A DNA stretch of 63,043 nt, filler included, from Stramenopiles sp. TOSAG23-2 (Eukaryota): NCBI GenBank assembly GCA_900128395.1. It is 11 parts of 11 records of this genome, joined end to end, with 100 filler letters (N's around TTAATTAATTAA, not from the genome) between each part and the next. Parts side by side here need not be neighbours in the genome. Positions count along the whole stretch, not along the records: positions 1 to 8,052 come from LT650243.1; positions 8,153 to 16,202 come from LT650244.1; 9 more parts are not named here. One strand, written 5' to 3'. Positions 1-10,633 of the stretch are shown here, in pieces (position 1 is the first letter of the stretch; the number at the start of each line of letters is the position of its first letter). The notes under the pieces were generated by a model. The model had not been told where the DNA came from, ran no database searches, and saw only the letters and a program-made list of their open reading frames with translations. A program made the position numbers and the translations under genes.

Positions 1-26
1 GCTGTGTCTATGGACAAAAGCGGACA

Positions 27-332
27 AATAACCCCTGGTGTGTACGGCCTAAAAACGGACAAAAAGCCCCTGGTGTGTACGGCCTAAAAAAACGAAGAAT
101 AACCCCTGGTGTGTACGGCCTAAAAAAACGAAGAATAACCCCTGGTGTGTACGGCCTAAAAAAACGAAGAATAACCCCTGGTGTGTACGGCCTAAAAAAA
201 CGAAGAATAACCCCTGGTGTGTACGGCCTAAAAAAACGAAGAATAACCCCTGGTGTGTACGGCCTAAAAAAACGAAGAATAACCCCTGGTGTGTACGGCC
301 TAAAAAAACGAAGAATAACCCCTGGTGTGTAC
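27..332. repeat. 36-bp tandem repeat (AATAACCCCTGGTGTGTACGGCCTAAAAAAACGAAG), about 8-9 units, first units degenerate
   Basis: Head-to-tail units with no unique spacers; the periodic ORFs at 8-374 are by-products. Confidence 0.95.
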
Positions 333-673
333 AAGGATAATTTAAGTACATTAATAGAAACTATTTCACTATAAACACTATAAGATATTATACTACAATA
401 TTACATATAAGTAGATCCTTATAATATTAAAAACAACTATACCAACACGAGACACATTATTGACACCCACACACTTCAGGGCAGGGAATTCTAAATTAAT
501 CATGCATATCTATCTTTGAAAAAAGAGAGGGCCAGGATTCTAAAAAAAGGGGATGACGGGCCTATCGTCATATTAATTAATATCCGTATTCCGTACCAGG
601 ATGGCTACTGGAGGGCGTAGCAAAAAGATATAGATAAATTTTTAAAATTTGTGTGATGACCCAATGGGATTGA

Positions 674-1219
674 ATGAATGATGCAAAATGCAAAATGGGA
701 GTGATGTCCTCTCCAAAATATACAGGACGTGAATTATGGCCAAACATATGTTGTCGAAAAGACAATTTTCAAGATTTAAAATCTTGCGACGATCCAACCG
801 GAAAAGTCCCACGTAGTCATGTTGTACCTTTTGCGCTGACACAAGGATTAAATTTAACTGCTGAAAATTTATATGGGGAAATTGTTGATATCATAAAAAA
901 AGATGGCTACTTACAACAAGGCATGAGCAAAGCTATAGACGGCATAAAAGATAGCGATAAATTAAAAACCAAGTTAAACAATTTATTTGGAGAAACGCTG
1001 TTATGTGGTCCACGTGAATTTGGTTTGCCTACAAACGAAGCAATACGTTTATGCGAATTATTTTATCCGTATGAACATATGCTGGGCATGTATTACAATG
1101 AGGTAAATGCATTGTTAAAACCTTTGCAGAGGAGACGACGAAGACGAATATTAGGAGTATGGCCACGCATGGCAAATAGTTTTACAAATATGATAAATAG
1201 CGCGAGCCTGAAAAATTAG
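674..1219 (+). CDS. Hypothetical protein, 181 aa; may be part of a spliced or degenerate gene
   Basis: Open ORF with protein-like composition in AT-rich DNA; no recognised motif. Confidence 0.4.
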   Translation: MNDAKCKMGVMSSPKYTGRELWPNICCRKDNFQDLKSCDDPTGKVPRSHVVPFALTQGLNLTAENLYGEIVDIIKKDGYLQQGMSKAIDGIKDSDKLKTKLNNLFGETLLCGPREFGLPTNEAIRLCELFYPYEHMLGMYYNEVNALLKPLQRRRRRRILGVWPRMANSFTNMINSASLKN

Positions 1220-1422
1220 AGCAGGTGCGTGAAGCCCATTTAGTCTGCGTCGTCAGACTCTTTCTCTCGGTAAAGCATTGATTTGCTTCCTTGACAAACC
1301 TTAAATTTGTCAGAGAGATTTATCTTTTTGGATTTAATCAAAGGAGAATTCTCTTTGATTTATTAAATTCCTGATTCCTGTGCTGGCTATAAGTAGGCTA
1401 TCTGGCTATTAATATCCTACTC

Positions 1423-1492
1423 TACTGGCAAGGAAAATCTCTGGTGTCCAGAGTAATCCTACTCTGGACACCAGAGATTTTCCTTGCCAGTA
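1423..1492. repeat. Perfect 33-bp inverted repeat with 4-nt loop
   Basis: TACTGGCAAGGAAAATCTCTGGTGTCCAGAGTA-atcc-TACTCTGGACACCAGAGATTTTCCTTGCCAGTA. Confidence 0.95.
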
Positions 1493-1630
1493 TTAATACC
1501 CTGACAAGGAAAACTACCACGGTGGTAAGGCTATGGTTGCCAATCTGGCAATCCGGCTATCCAGCTATATGTGCCTTATTAGCCTATTTTAAAAAAAAAA
1601 TGAATAATAATATTTTTTGTGTATTATTAA

Positions 1631-2728
1631 AGCCCGTGGGATTCCATAGTCCTACGGCTTAAGGCAGGCACATGTTTGCTTAAAAGTTAAAATAACAGGA
1701 GAATAGCATTGTTTTTTTGACCGAAATATTTGATGAAAACCGATAATTTTGAGCTAAATGCATAAATCTCACATTTTTCAACATGGACACAGCATGGGCT
1801 GTACGGAAACCCGTACAGGATAAATGCAAAAAAATCTATTGATCTAAATGTCTAATTTTATCGGAGATTTTACACTCATAAATACACGCTAATGATATTC
1901 CCATATTGTTTATTAGCCCTTTTTTACCTTTTTTTTTTCTTTTTTGCTGAGCTAGACGATCCGGATGACTTCTTGTTTTTTGTACCCTATATATATTTAG
2001 TATAATATATTTGTTGAAGTATATAAAAATATTTAAAATAGTATATATGTAAACAAATAAATAAATACTTATTGCAAATGCACAAATCGCAATAAAAATA
2101 AAAAATGCACATGCATGGAACATGGACGAGAAGATGGAGCAAGAAAAAACTTTTGGAAAATTTATTTGTGTCAACTTTTTTTTTTGCGATTGAGTTTGAG
2201 ATGATCGAAATTATTAAGAGTCCATTCTATTAAGAAAAACGCAGTTTAAATGGAGTATAATATCCACAACAAAAGTGATTAGAAAAACTATTTCACGGAC
2301 ACTTTGATGATTAATCAGAGCCGGATTACAATGTGATTAAATCAAAAAATTTTATTGTGAATTTTTAATTTTTATGAAATAACGGTCAATAAGCTATTTT
2401 TCGGATTTTATAACTAAAATAGGCAAATCAGTCATATAACACCGAATTATCACTGTTTTCGTCTTCTTCTTACATAAAAAGACCCATGCTATTCCCCTCT
2501 TATATTAACTTTTGTTTATTGTGAATTTTTAATTTTTATGAAATAACGGTCAATAAGCTATTTTTCGGATTTTATAACTAAAATAGGCAAATCAGTCATA
2601 TAACACCGAATTATCACTGTTTTCGTCTTTTTCTTACATAAAAAGACCCATGCTATTCCCCTCTTATATTAACTTTTGTTCTTGGCAGTGCCTTAAATTG
2701 GTCAGCACACTATGGAATCCCACGGGCT
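1631..2728. mobile_element. Non-autonomous TIR DNA transposon, Kolobok-like (AG...CT termini, TTAA target duplication)
   Basis: Perfect 20-bp TIRs AGCCCGTGGGATTCCATAGT (1631-1650) and ACTATGGAATCCCACGGGCT (2709-2728); TTAA at 1627-1630 and 2729-2732; imperfect symmetry extends ~80 bp; internal ~160-bp tandem duplication (~2351-2676); no transposase ORF. Confidence 0.75.
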
Positions 2729-3112
2729 TTAACAACAACATCCATCATTTTTTAATTTAGCACTTTACAAACAACAGAAAATATTATAAATAATACAGTA
2801 ACATGGTGGAGAGAATGGATGGATAGATAGAAAAGATCATTTTTGTTCTTGGCAGTGCCTTAAATTGGTCAGCACACTATGGAATCCCACGGGCTTTAAT
2901 TATTATTATTATTATGAACTTTCCCATCTAGGATAATAAAATATAAAATACCATCTCATCTCATCAGTAGTGGTAAGCTATATAGCTCCAGCCCAACGCA
3001 AAAAGATAAAGCTTCTATCTTTTTATATATACATATATACACATATATATTGTTGTTGTATATTAATTACATAATATATATATATATATATTATATATAT
3101 GATATTATATAT

Positions 3113-5053
3113 ATGATGGTAATAACGAAAAAATATTATCAAGTCAACAATTCTTTAATTGTAATCTTGGCAACATTAATCATAATATCTAATAATGTAA
3201 TAAATGGAATAACATTACCATTTAGGAATAATAATTTTTTGCGTAGTAAGAACACAAATGCCAATTCGAACGCAGCGGATATTAATGATGAAAAGGCTGC
3301 TTGGTGCCATGCTGATTTTATGGAAGAGTTAGAATTGCAAAAAACATCATTTACGCAATTTTTTGGAAAAAAAGTATTATCAGACTCAAGTACAGAATCA
3401 TTTAATTTCCAACATGAAATTTCCCAATATTCATGTCAACTTTCTCGTATGATGGAAAAATTAATGGGACAACGAGAAGGTAATGTTACTGTAGCTACTG
3501 GCGGGGGCAGTGCAACTGCAGGTGGTGGTTGGATCGGAGAAAGCAAGGCGTGGCCGCATTATTTAGAACCATATTTGAATAAATTAAATGATATAGTGAA
3601 GAAAAAAGATAAAAAATACAAAAACAATAAAATCAAATTTTATAATGCCGCTCATGGTTCAACAAATAGCGTTTATAATGGAATGTTACAATCTTCATTA
3701 TACCCATCTCCTACGCCATCAAAACATTATTTATCATCCTTTTTAATGTCATCTGGAAGTGATGAGACAGTAATGCCGTTTGATATGATATTAGGTGAAT
3801 TTCGTATTAATGATTACAAAGATTCGGATGTAACAACAAAATACCCTGAATTTATGTATGAATTTTGGTTGCGTCGATCGTTAAAATTTAATAATGTTGG
3901 AAATATCTTTCCAATTATTGGATTGGTTGATATATGGGATGATCATAATGGCAAATCAACGGTTGAAGATGTATGGAGGAAAACGACGGGTAAAAAATTT
4001 GAAGCGATGTTTCCAATTGGTGATATTTTCAGTGTAAGTTTATCCCATTATATCAAAAGTAGTGGTAAAAATAAAGAACATTATCGTGCATTGTATCCAA
4101 AAAATGTTGTCAATGGACATACGATTCATGACTGGGACAATCATATTAATATTCCTGGTCATGAAATACTTGCACAGTTATTATCACAAAAAATAAGTGA
4201 TTTAATGTTGCGTATCTGTTTAAATAGACGCAATGATCAGTGCAATGATGATCAAGCAATATATACTAGTTATACAAATATGTTGAATAAATTGCAAATT
4301 CCATCGATCAAAGATATAAAAAAAGAAGACACAAAGAAAAAAATAACATTAGTATCACCATTATTAGGTAAATATAATATTTTTGAAAACTTAGTCACTA
4401 GTAACCAACTTGTGTCTTCTATATTAAAATCATGGAAACCACAATATGGCAGTACAAATGATATCATTATTTGCCATGCCGCGAAAAATGAAAAACAAAA
4501 TATTTGGGAATGTAGTGATGGTAAAGGTAGTGAAAATGGCAATAAAGAACATTTATTAGACGGCACAAAAACAGTTCATGGTCGAGTGGATAAATTTGTT
4601 GGGGTAGATTCTCCATTATGTAATAGTAAGGAACGAATCATGATCCAATATAAATTGAATACATTCAATATATTTGCTTTATTTACACCTATTGGATCTG
4701 ATTCGTATACTTTACAAAAAGATTCAACCAAGTTTCAATGGTACGAGTATAAGCAAGATAATATGATTGATATTAGTAAAGATAATGATGTATCTAACGA
4801 TATTGAATCAATTGATACAACTAATAGCATATTGGCATTGAAGGAATATCGACATTTTTTTCAATATTTATTTGTCAACAAGAAATTGTCTTCTGTTAAT
4901 GATATTCATAGTAATGAAAAGAAGAAACGAATATCATCCATGATGAAAAAAAAAGATGGCAAAGCATTGACGTTATTAATATGTTCTGATTTAAAGGAAA
5001 TGCCAACAAAGAAAAACGATATTTTTACCCTTTCCGGTGCATTGGCATTGTGA
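3113..5053 (+). CDS. Secreted or membrane-anchored SGNH/GDSL-type hydrolase or esterase
   Basis: Hydrophobic N-terminus; SGNH-like blocks GGSATAG, NAAHGSTNS, EFRIND and DNHINIPGH; first ATG at 3113. Confidence 0.7.
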   Translation: MMVITKKYYQVNNSLIVILATLIIISNNVINGITLPFRNNNFLRSKNTNANSNAADINDEKAAWCHADFMEELELQKTSFTQFFGKKVLSDSSTESFNFQHEISQYSCQLSRMMEKLMGQREGNVTVATGGGSATAGGGWIGESKAWPHYLEPYLNKLNDIVKKKDKKYKNNKIKFYNAAHGSTNSVYNGMLQSSLYPSPTPSKHYLSSFLMSSGSDETVMPFDMILGEFRINDYKDSDVTTKYPEFMYEFWLRRSLKFNNVGNIFPIIGLVDIWDDHNGKSTVEDVWRKTTGKKFEAMFPIGDIFSVSLSHYIKSSGKNKEHYRALYPKNVVNGHTIHDWDNHINIPGHEILAQLLSQKISDLMLRICLNRRNDQCNDDQAIYTSYTNMLNKLQIPSIKDIKKEDTKKKITLVSPLLGKYNIFENLVTSNQLVSSILKSWKPQYGSTNDIIICHAAKNEKQNIWECSDGKGSENGNKEHLLDGTKTVHGRVDKFVGVDSPLCNSKERIMIQYKLNTFNIFALFTPIGSDSYTLQKDSTKFQWYEYKQDNMIDISKDNDVSNDIESIDTTNSILALKEYRHFFQYLFVNKKLSSVNDIHSNEKKKRISSMMKKKDGKALTLLICSDLKEMPTKKNDIFTLSGALAL

Positions 5054-5055
5054 TT

Positions 5056-5075
5056 ATAGAGAGGATCCTCTCTAT
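5056..5075. repeat. 20-bp palindrome ATAGAGAGGATCCTCTCTAT; 18-bp core repeated at 60172-60189
   Basis: Direct comparison of the two contigs. Confidence 0.8.
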
Positions 5076-5372
5076 TAATTGTGTAATGTAAATAGATACA
5101 GTATATAGGTCCTATAGACTTTTAACTTTTAATTGTGATGTGTGATGTGTGTATTGTATAAATGTGGTAAAATTAATAAATAAAATAGATGATATTCCCT
5201 TAAAAATAAAAAATATCCTTAAAATAAAAATACCGAGATACCGAGAAACAAAAAATAAAAAAAAAACGTTAAAATTTCAACAATAGATTAATGAATACGT
5301 AAACAAGTTAAAGTGTTACAAGAAATCAAGATCCTTTTGTTAGAAATATATATATATATTGACAATCAAAGA

Positions 5373-5736
5373 ATGAATAATCAAAATATGAAATTAAACA
5401 GTGCGAAAACGGTGGTGCGAGAACATATTTCCACTTTGAATCATTTAAATGAAATACCACCACCACCATTACCACCAACATTAATAACTACCTCTATAAA
5501 TAACGGGAATTCCTCACCACCAACGTCAAAAGGTAGTAATAAAAATAATAATAATAATACAACCACTATGGCGATGAAAAATGTACCATGGAAGGATGAA
5601 GTTTATTTGAAAAATTTATTTGATGCATGTGAATGTATAGGATATGCTTTGGAAAAAGATTCACAAATATTAATCAAAGAACAAATACTTGTACAATGTT
5701 TAGTAAATATATTACGTCAAATAGTACAACCAAACT

Positions 5737-5784
<48 letters not shown>

Positions 5785-7436
5785 TTGAAAATAATAGCAA
5801 TATAAACAGTGGTAGGTATGATGATTTAGCAAATAAATTAAATAAAATGTCAATTGATGAAGATGGCAATGATGTAAGATCTACTATGAAACATGTACCA
5901 TTATTATTGAAATCATGGGTATTTGGTTCAAATTATACACCAAAAATATGTTTTAGTATTATTGAATGTATTACGTTTATGACAGAACATGAAGAATATG
6001 ATGAAATGTTATTATGTTCCAATATTGTTGATGTATTATCATTGTTAGCAAAATATTCAATCATTGAACGTTCCATTGAAAGTTCCTTCAATCCATTTCC
6101 AGAGAAAATTGAAGATGTCGAGCTTGAGACAGAGAAAATTGAAGATGTTGAGCTTGAGACAAATTCATCATCAACAATGGATAATAATGAAAGTAAATAT
6201 TTAATTACCACTGATTCATTATATGGTATATTAGATTCCATTAAAGATTTATCAGCAAGTGATGAAATTGAAAGTTATTTAACTGGTGCAGGTATTATTG
6301 ATGTGATTAGCCCATTATTAACATATTATCCAATGGATTCGGAAATTATAACTGTATCCATGTTGGCATTAGCAAATTTAACAACAAATGCAAAATTACA
6401 TAAAAATAGTAAATCTCATCGTGCATGTATCAAACCAACTGTACAAATACTTATTAATGAGAAAAGTTCTAGGAAAGCAAAAGAATGTGCAACTGCTGTA
6501 TTAAGAAATTTTTCAGCTGATTCACGTACAAAATTAACTGTTGCTAATTATGATGGTATACAAGGATTATTATATGTTTTACAAAATTATAAATTTAACA
6601 ATAAAAAAGCAAAACAACAACAAGAAAAAGAAGAGGAAGAGAACGAAAAAAAAGAAAAAGATGCGACGAAACGAAGTACAAGTAATGACGAAAATACAAA
6701 GAAAACGGTGAAATATTTATCAGTAGTCACAAAACGCGATGCAATTGGTGCATTACGTAATTTATCAACACACGATGATTGTGATGAAGATATTGTTAAA
6801 TATGGAGGTATTGATTTTTTCATAACAAATATGGCAGAAATTATTAATAAATATGAAAATAAAAATGAATTTCGTGATAGTTTAGAATCATGCATAAGTA
6901 GTATCCGTAATATATGTGTTACAGAAGAAGTTGCACTTCAATTTATTAATCATCCAATTGGTTTAAAACTTTTAGCATCTGTGATTATTGATGATAAATA
7001 TCCATATATATGCCGTGGTGATGCTGTTAAAGCAATGGAAAATTTAGCATTATATGTCACAGCAGATGTAATCATGAAATTTGTTGAATCGAAATCAATT
7101 GAAAGTTTAATAACAATTTTAGAAATTGATTTGGAAGATGATACCATTAGTGAATCAGCCGTTGTAACACTTGGATATTTAGTTGTCTTTGAAATAGGTA
7201 AAAGTACAATTGTTAAATTGGGTGGACGTACGATGGTTACCATGTTGAATATGAATCGTAAACATAAAGCAGAAGCGGAGAAAGATAAACGTGTTACAAC
7301 AAGCCCAGTTAATAAAAACCACGATGATAATAGGGAGGCAAAGCAAAAGAAAAAAGAGAATAAACTTGGTTTTGGTGGTAAAAGTAGTAGATTTGGCGAG
7401 GCATTTATTAATGATCTGGAGAGAAGGAAGAAGTGA
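5373..7436 (+). CDS. Armadillo (ARM)-repeat protein with Asn-rich N-terminus
   Basis: Recurrent helical units LALANLT, TAVLRNFS, AIGALRNLS, SSIRNIC, AMENLA with GGI/DGI linkers; first ATG at 5373. Confidence 0.8.
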
Positions 7437-7636
7437 GAAGTGTGTGCGTGCGTATTTTATTGTTCTTTTTCTTTCTTAAATCTTATAAAAATTTTCTCTT
7501 ACTCATGTATTAATATTCGTATAAATTTCTTTTACTCCCGGACATTATATACGAGTATCAACACATATATAATATGATACGACGGTACGAACGTATGGTG
7601 CTATGCATACTGTAGTTTTTAGAATATTATTAGTTC

Positions 7637-8052
7637 TCAACAACAATGTTCCATGATATGTACATGTTGTGAATCTTTTATTACACATACTAATTCTTCT
7701 CCATGTTTTTTACCAATATACATTTCTGGATTGGTATTTTGACCTTCACCTGACATACCAATAATTGATTTTGTATCATAATTAAAATGTTCTTCTAATG
7801 GTACTTGTAATATTCTATTAAATTCATTTCGTAATGTATTTTCTAATTGATTGCCATTGAATATACATTCACCAGTATCAACATTCCATACACATCTCCT
7901 CTTTACGCTCCAAATCCACCAACCAATCTTTCACACTTTTATGAAATACATGTAATTTACGATCACGTATTGGAAATAATAATGATAATTTAGCAACTGC
8001 TACTTTACGTTCATTTGGTTTACATTGTATTAAATAATCCAATCTTTTCACA
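7637..8052 (-). pseudogene. 3' fragment of a NACHT/STAND-WD40-type gene with an out-of-frame internal junction
   Basis: Minus strand reads ...LHVFHKSVKDWLVD... (winged-helix motif typical after NACHT domains). It shifts frame at ~7891 into VWNVDTGEC...HIMEHCC* (end of a WD40 repeat plus C-tail). Not in the ORF track. Confidence 0.55.
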
Positions 8053-8152
8053 NNNNNNNNNNNNNNNNNNNNNNNNNNNNNNNNNNNNNNNNNNNNTTAA
8101 TTAATTAANNNNNNNNNNNNNNNNNNNNNNNNNNNNNNNNNNNNNNNNNNNN
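8053..8152. other. Artificial contig linker; identical linkers at 16203-16302, 24347-24446, 32481-32580, 40608-40707, 48719-48818, 56825-56924, 58380-58479, 59935-60034, 61490-61589
   Basis: 44 N + TTAATTAATTAA (stops in all six frames) + 44 N; genes are cut at the linkers. Confidence 0.98.
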
Positions 8153-8622
8153 TATAATTCATATATAATTCATAATAATACACACAGAATCTATTATTAT
8201 TATTATTTTGGAGGTAAAAAATCCAAATGATGGATATTTATTATTTGGATGATGATATGTATATGTAAATTCAAAATTATAGATATTAATAGTAGAAATT
8301 GCATGGAAATAGCATTGCACCATTAATAACCTAAAGTCTTTTTGGAGAGCAGGAGAGAAATTATTTCATGATTGCTGGATTGACTTCTTAAATTGAAAAA
8401 AACATATTCTTAATGCGCGTGTGTTCTAAATTGAAAAAAGTAAAAAAAATTTTAAATTAAAATTACGCGAACACTAGAACTTTTTTAATTTAAAATCGTT
8501 TCTGGGCAACTTATGCCCGAGACCACCATAATACAATATGTTTATGTGAGACGTTTTATATATTTATACACACACCATTTATATTTACATAATCTTGGTT
8601 TAAATTTAAAATTACCTCTTGT

Positions 8623-9732
8623 TTACTCTTTCGCCGCGCCGTTTCGTCGCCTTTTGCCTAGCATCGTAAGGATCTGCCGCATTCTCTCGCGCGCTGCGCA
8701 TGCTTTCGCTTCTGTCTTCTCCAAGTCCTCTCTGTCAGACACCAGCTTTTCTTTCAGCTGATCAAGGGTCTTCCTGTCCATGTCTCGCATAGTCTTTTCA
8801 TGGGCTGCAGCGGCGTCCGTATCATAGTCCTCCAGTGGCGGCAGTGCAAGCCCCAACGCAACCATAAGTTTAACGTTGCGAGGAGTCAGTGTCGCCCCCG
8901 CGGGAAGAAGCTCCACGCTCTCTCCAGATTCGCTACTATCGTCGGGAGTCTTACCATCGCTGAACAACTCGTCATCACTATCTACAAAAGCATGATTCCC
9001 ATTACCATTACCGTCGTTAGCGCACTTGATGACAAGCAAATTTCCACCTCTACAGGTACATTTGTAAGGTGGGCGATCTCCCACCGTGTCCCGGAGAAGA
9101 TGCATGTGCCTAAATCCGAGTCCCATCGGGCGACCAAGAGGCACTTTCACACCGCCTGCTGGTATCTTCGTGAAGGCGGCTGATCCTGATCCTGGGCCGA
9201 AGTATGGAGGAGCGCCAGGTGCTAACCGTGCCTCAATCGTGGCCACGGTCTTCTCCATATCAGCAATGGCCTCAAGTCGTGACGCCCCAGGGTACTCACG
9301 CTTCTCGATTTTTCGGTTCTGACACTCGTGCATATCCTGTGCCACCTCTCTCGCCTCTGTTATAGACAGGGCACCCGGAGTAGACATTGACTTGTGCCCG
9401 GCCTCGAGTACCCACTGCACCATCTGAGGCGACCCAGATTCCACCGCAAGTTTAAGCAGCGACTCGGATCCTGACGAGAGAGCAGCACCCGCGTCTGCGA
9501 GCGCTATCGCGCACGCCATCTGGCCTTTGTTAATAGCCCAGTGAAGCGCCGTGCGGTCGTCCGACGCGCAGGTATAGTGCGCATTCGCTCCCGACTCCAA
9601 CAGCAGACGCACGACCGTATCGTTGCCAGCCGCAGCTGCCCATACCAGTGCAGTAGCAGTAGTGGGTTCATCGCTATCCTCGGTACCATCCGTGTCGGAC
9701 GTTTCTTCGAGATTCCACTGCTCCTTGGGCCC
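8623..9732 (-). CDS. Ankyrin-repeat protein with C-terminal coiled coil; GC-rich, 5'-incomplete
   Basis: TALVWAAAAGNDTVVRLLLESGA and TALHWAINKGQ ankyrin repeats; the frame stays open upstream of 9612 to ~9732 with no ATG. Confidence 0.75.
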   Translation of the reverse strand, partial: GPKEQWNLEETSDTDGTEDSDEPTTATALVWAAAAGNDTVVRLLLESGANAHYTCASDDRTALHWAINKGQMACAIALADAGAALSSGSESLLKLAVESGSPQMVQWVLEAGHKSMSTPGALSITEAREVAQDMHECQNRKIEKREYPGASRLEAIADMEKTVATIEARLAPGAPPYFGPGSGSAAFTKIPAGGVKVPLGRPMGLGFRHMHLLRDTVGDRPPYKCTCRGGNLLVIKCANDGNGNGNHAFVDSDDELFSDGKTPDDSSESGESVELLPAGATLTPRNVKLMVALGLALPPLEDYDTDAAAAHEKTMRDMDRKTLDQLKEKLVSDREDLEKTEAKACAARERMRQILTMLGKRRRNGAAKE

Positions 9733-10633
9733 TTTTTTTTTAAAATAAAAAAATTCTGTTTTGGCTTTAAAAACACCTTTTTTTTGCGGATACTCCTATC
9801 AAAGCACAAATGACGACTACAATAATTTATACTTGAAAGTAGTACCTGAGCATATATACTATAAGCATTGTTGCAACTGAAGCGTATATAATTTTCTCGT
9901 AGTGCTATTACGGCCTAAATGACGTAATGCTATTCACCTGTTATAATTTAAGGTTATTTTCATCTTTGGCCACTCTTTCTCGGGAAGAAAGAGTATTCTA
10001 TCGATAGTGGTATATCTATGTCCAAACCAACAAGGCGGCACAAAGATGATATTTTAAAAGATATATTTTCCGAAAATACGACGCACAATAAACTGAATTG
10101 GAATTTAATAAAGATCGTCGTTTTCTTATATACAATATTAAATCAGATAAATTTTGTGTATTTTTTTTTATTAATTCACGGAAATTTATTTTGTAAAACC
10201 AGGTTAAGGTGCATGCAAAAATAACATGTGAAATATGAAATAATATAATACTCCACTATAGGTAAGATATAATAAAAAAAGATACTATAATATACTATAT
10301 CTATAATATAATAATAAAGAAAAGCACAAAAAGATAAAAGAGTAAAAAAAGAGGGCGCAACAAAACAACAAAAGTATTATACTTATAATAGTGGTGTAGA
10401 TAGTGGTGGTGAACAGCTATTTATATATAATACCCTTTTTACATATTTCACTTTATACTGTATCATTTACATTATTGTAATTTCTAGTCTACTTCGTTCC
10501 CAAATAATATATATTGGAAAAGTAAACAGGCTTCGTTTACAAAAAAAACATTAAAAAGTAAACCGATACACTTACAAAAACATATATTCATATATATATA
10601 TATAAAAAAATACATATAAATTACACGCTTCTC

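Noticed and set aside
27-332. CRISPR array (36-bp repeat)
   Set aside because: Units are contiguous with no unique spacers; no cas genes; eukaryotic context.
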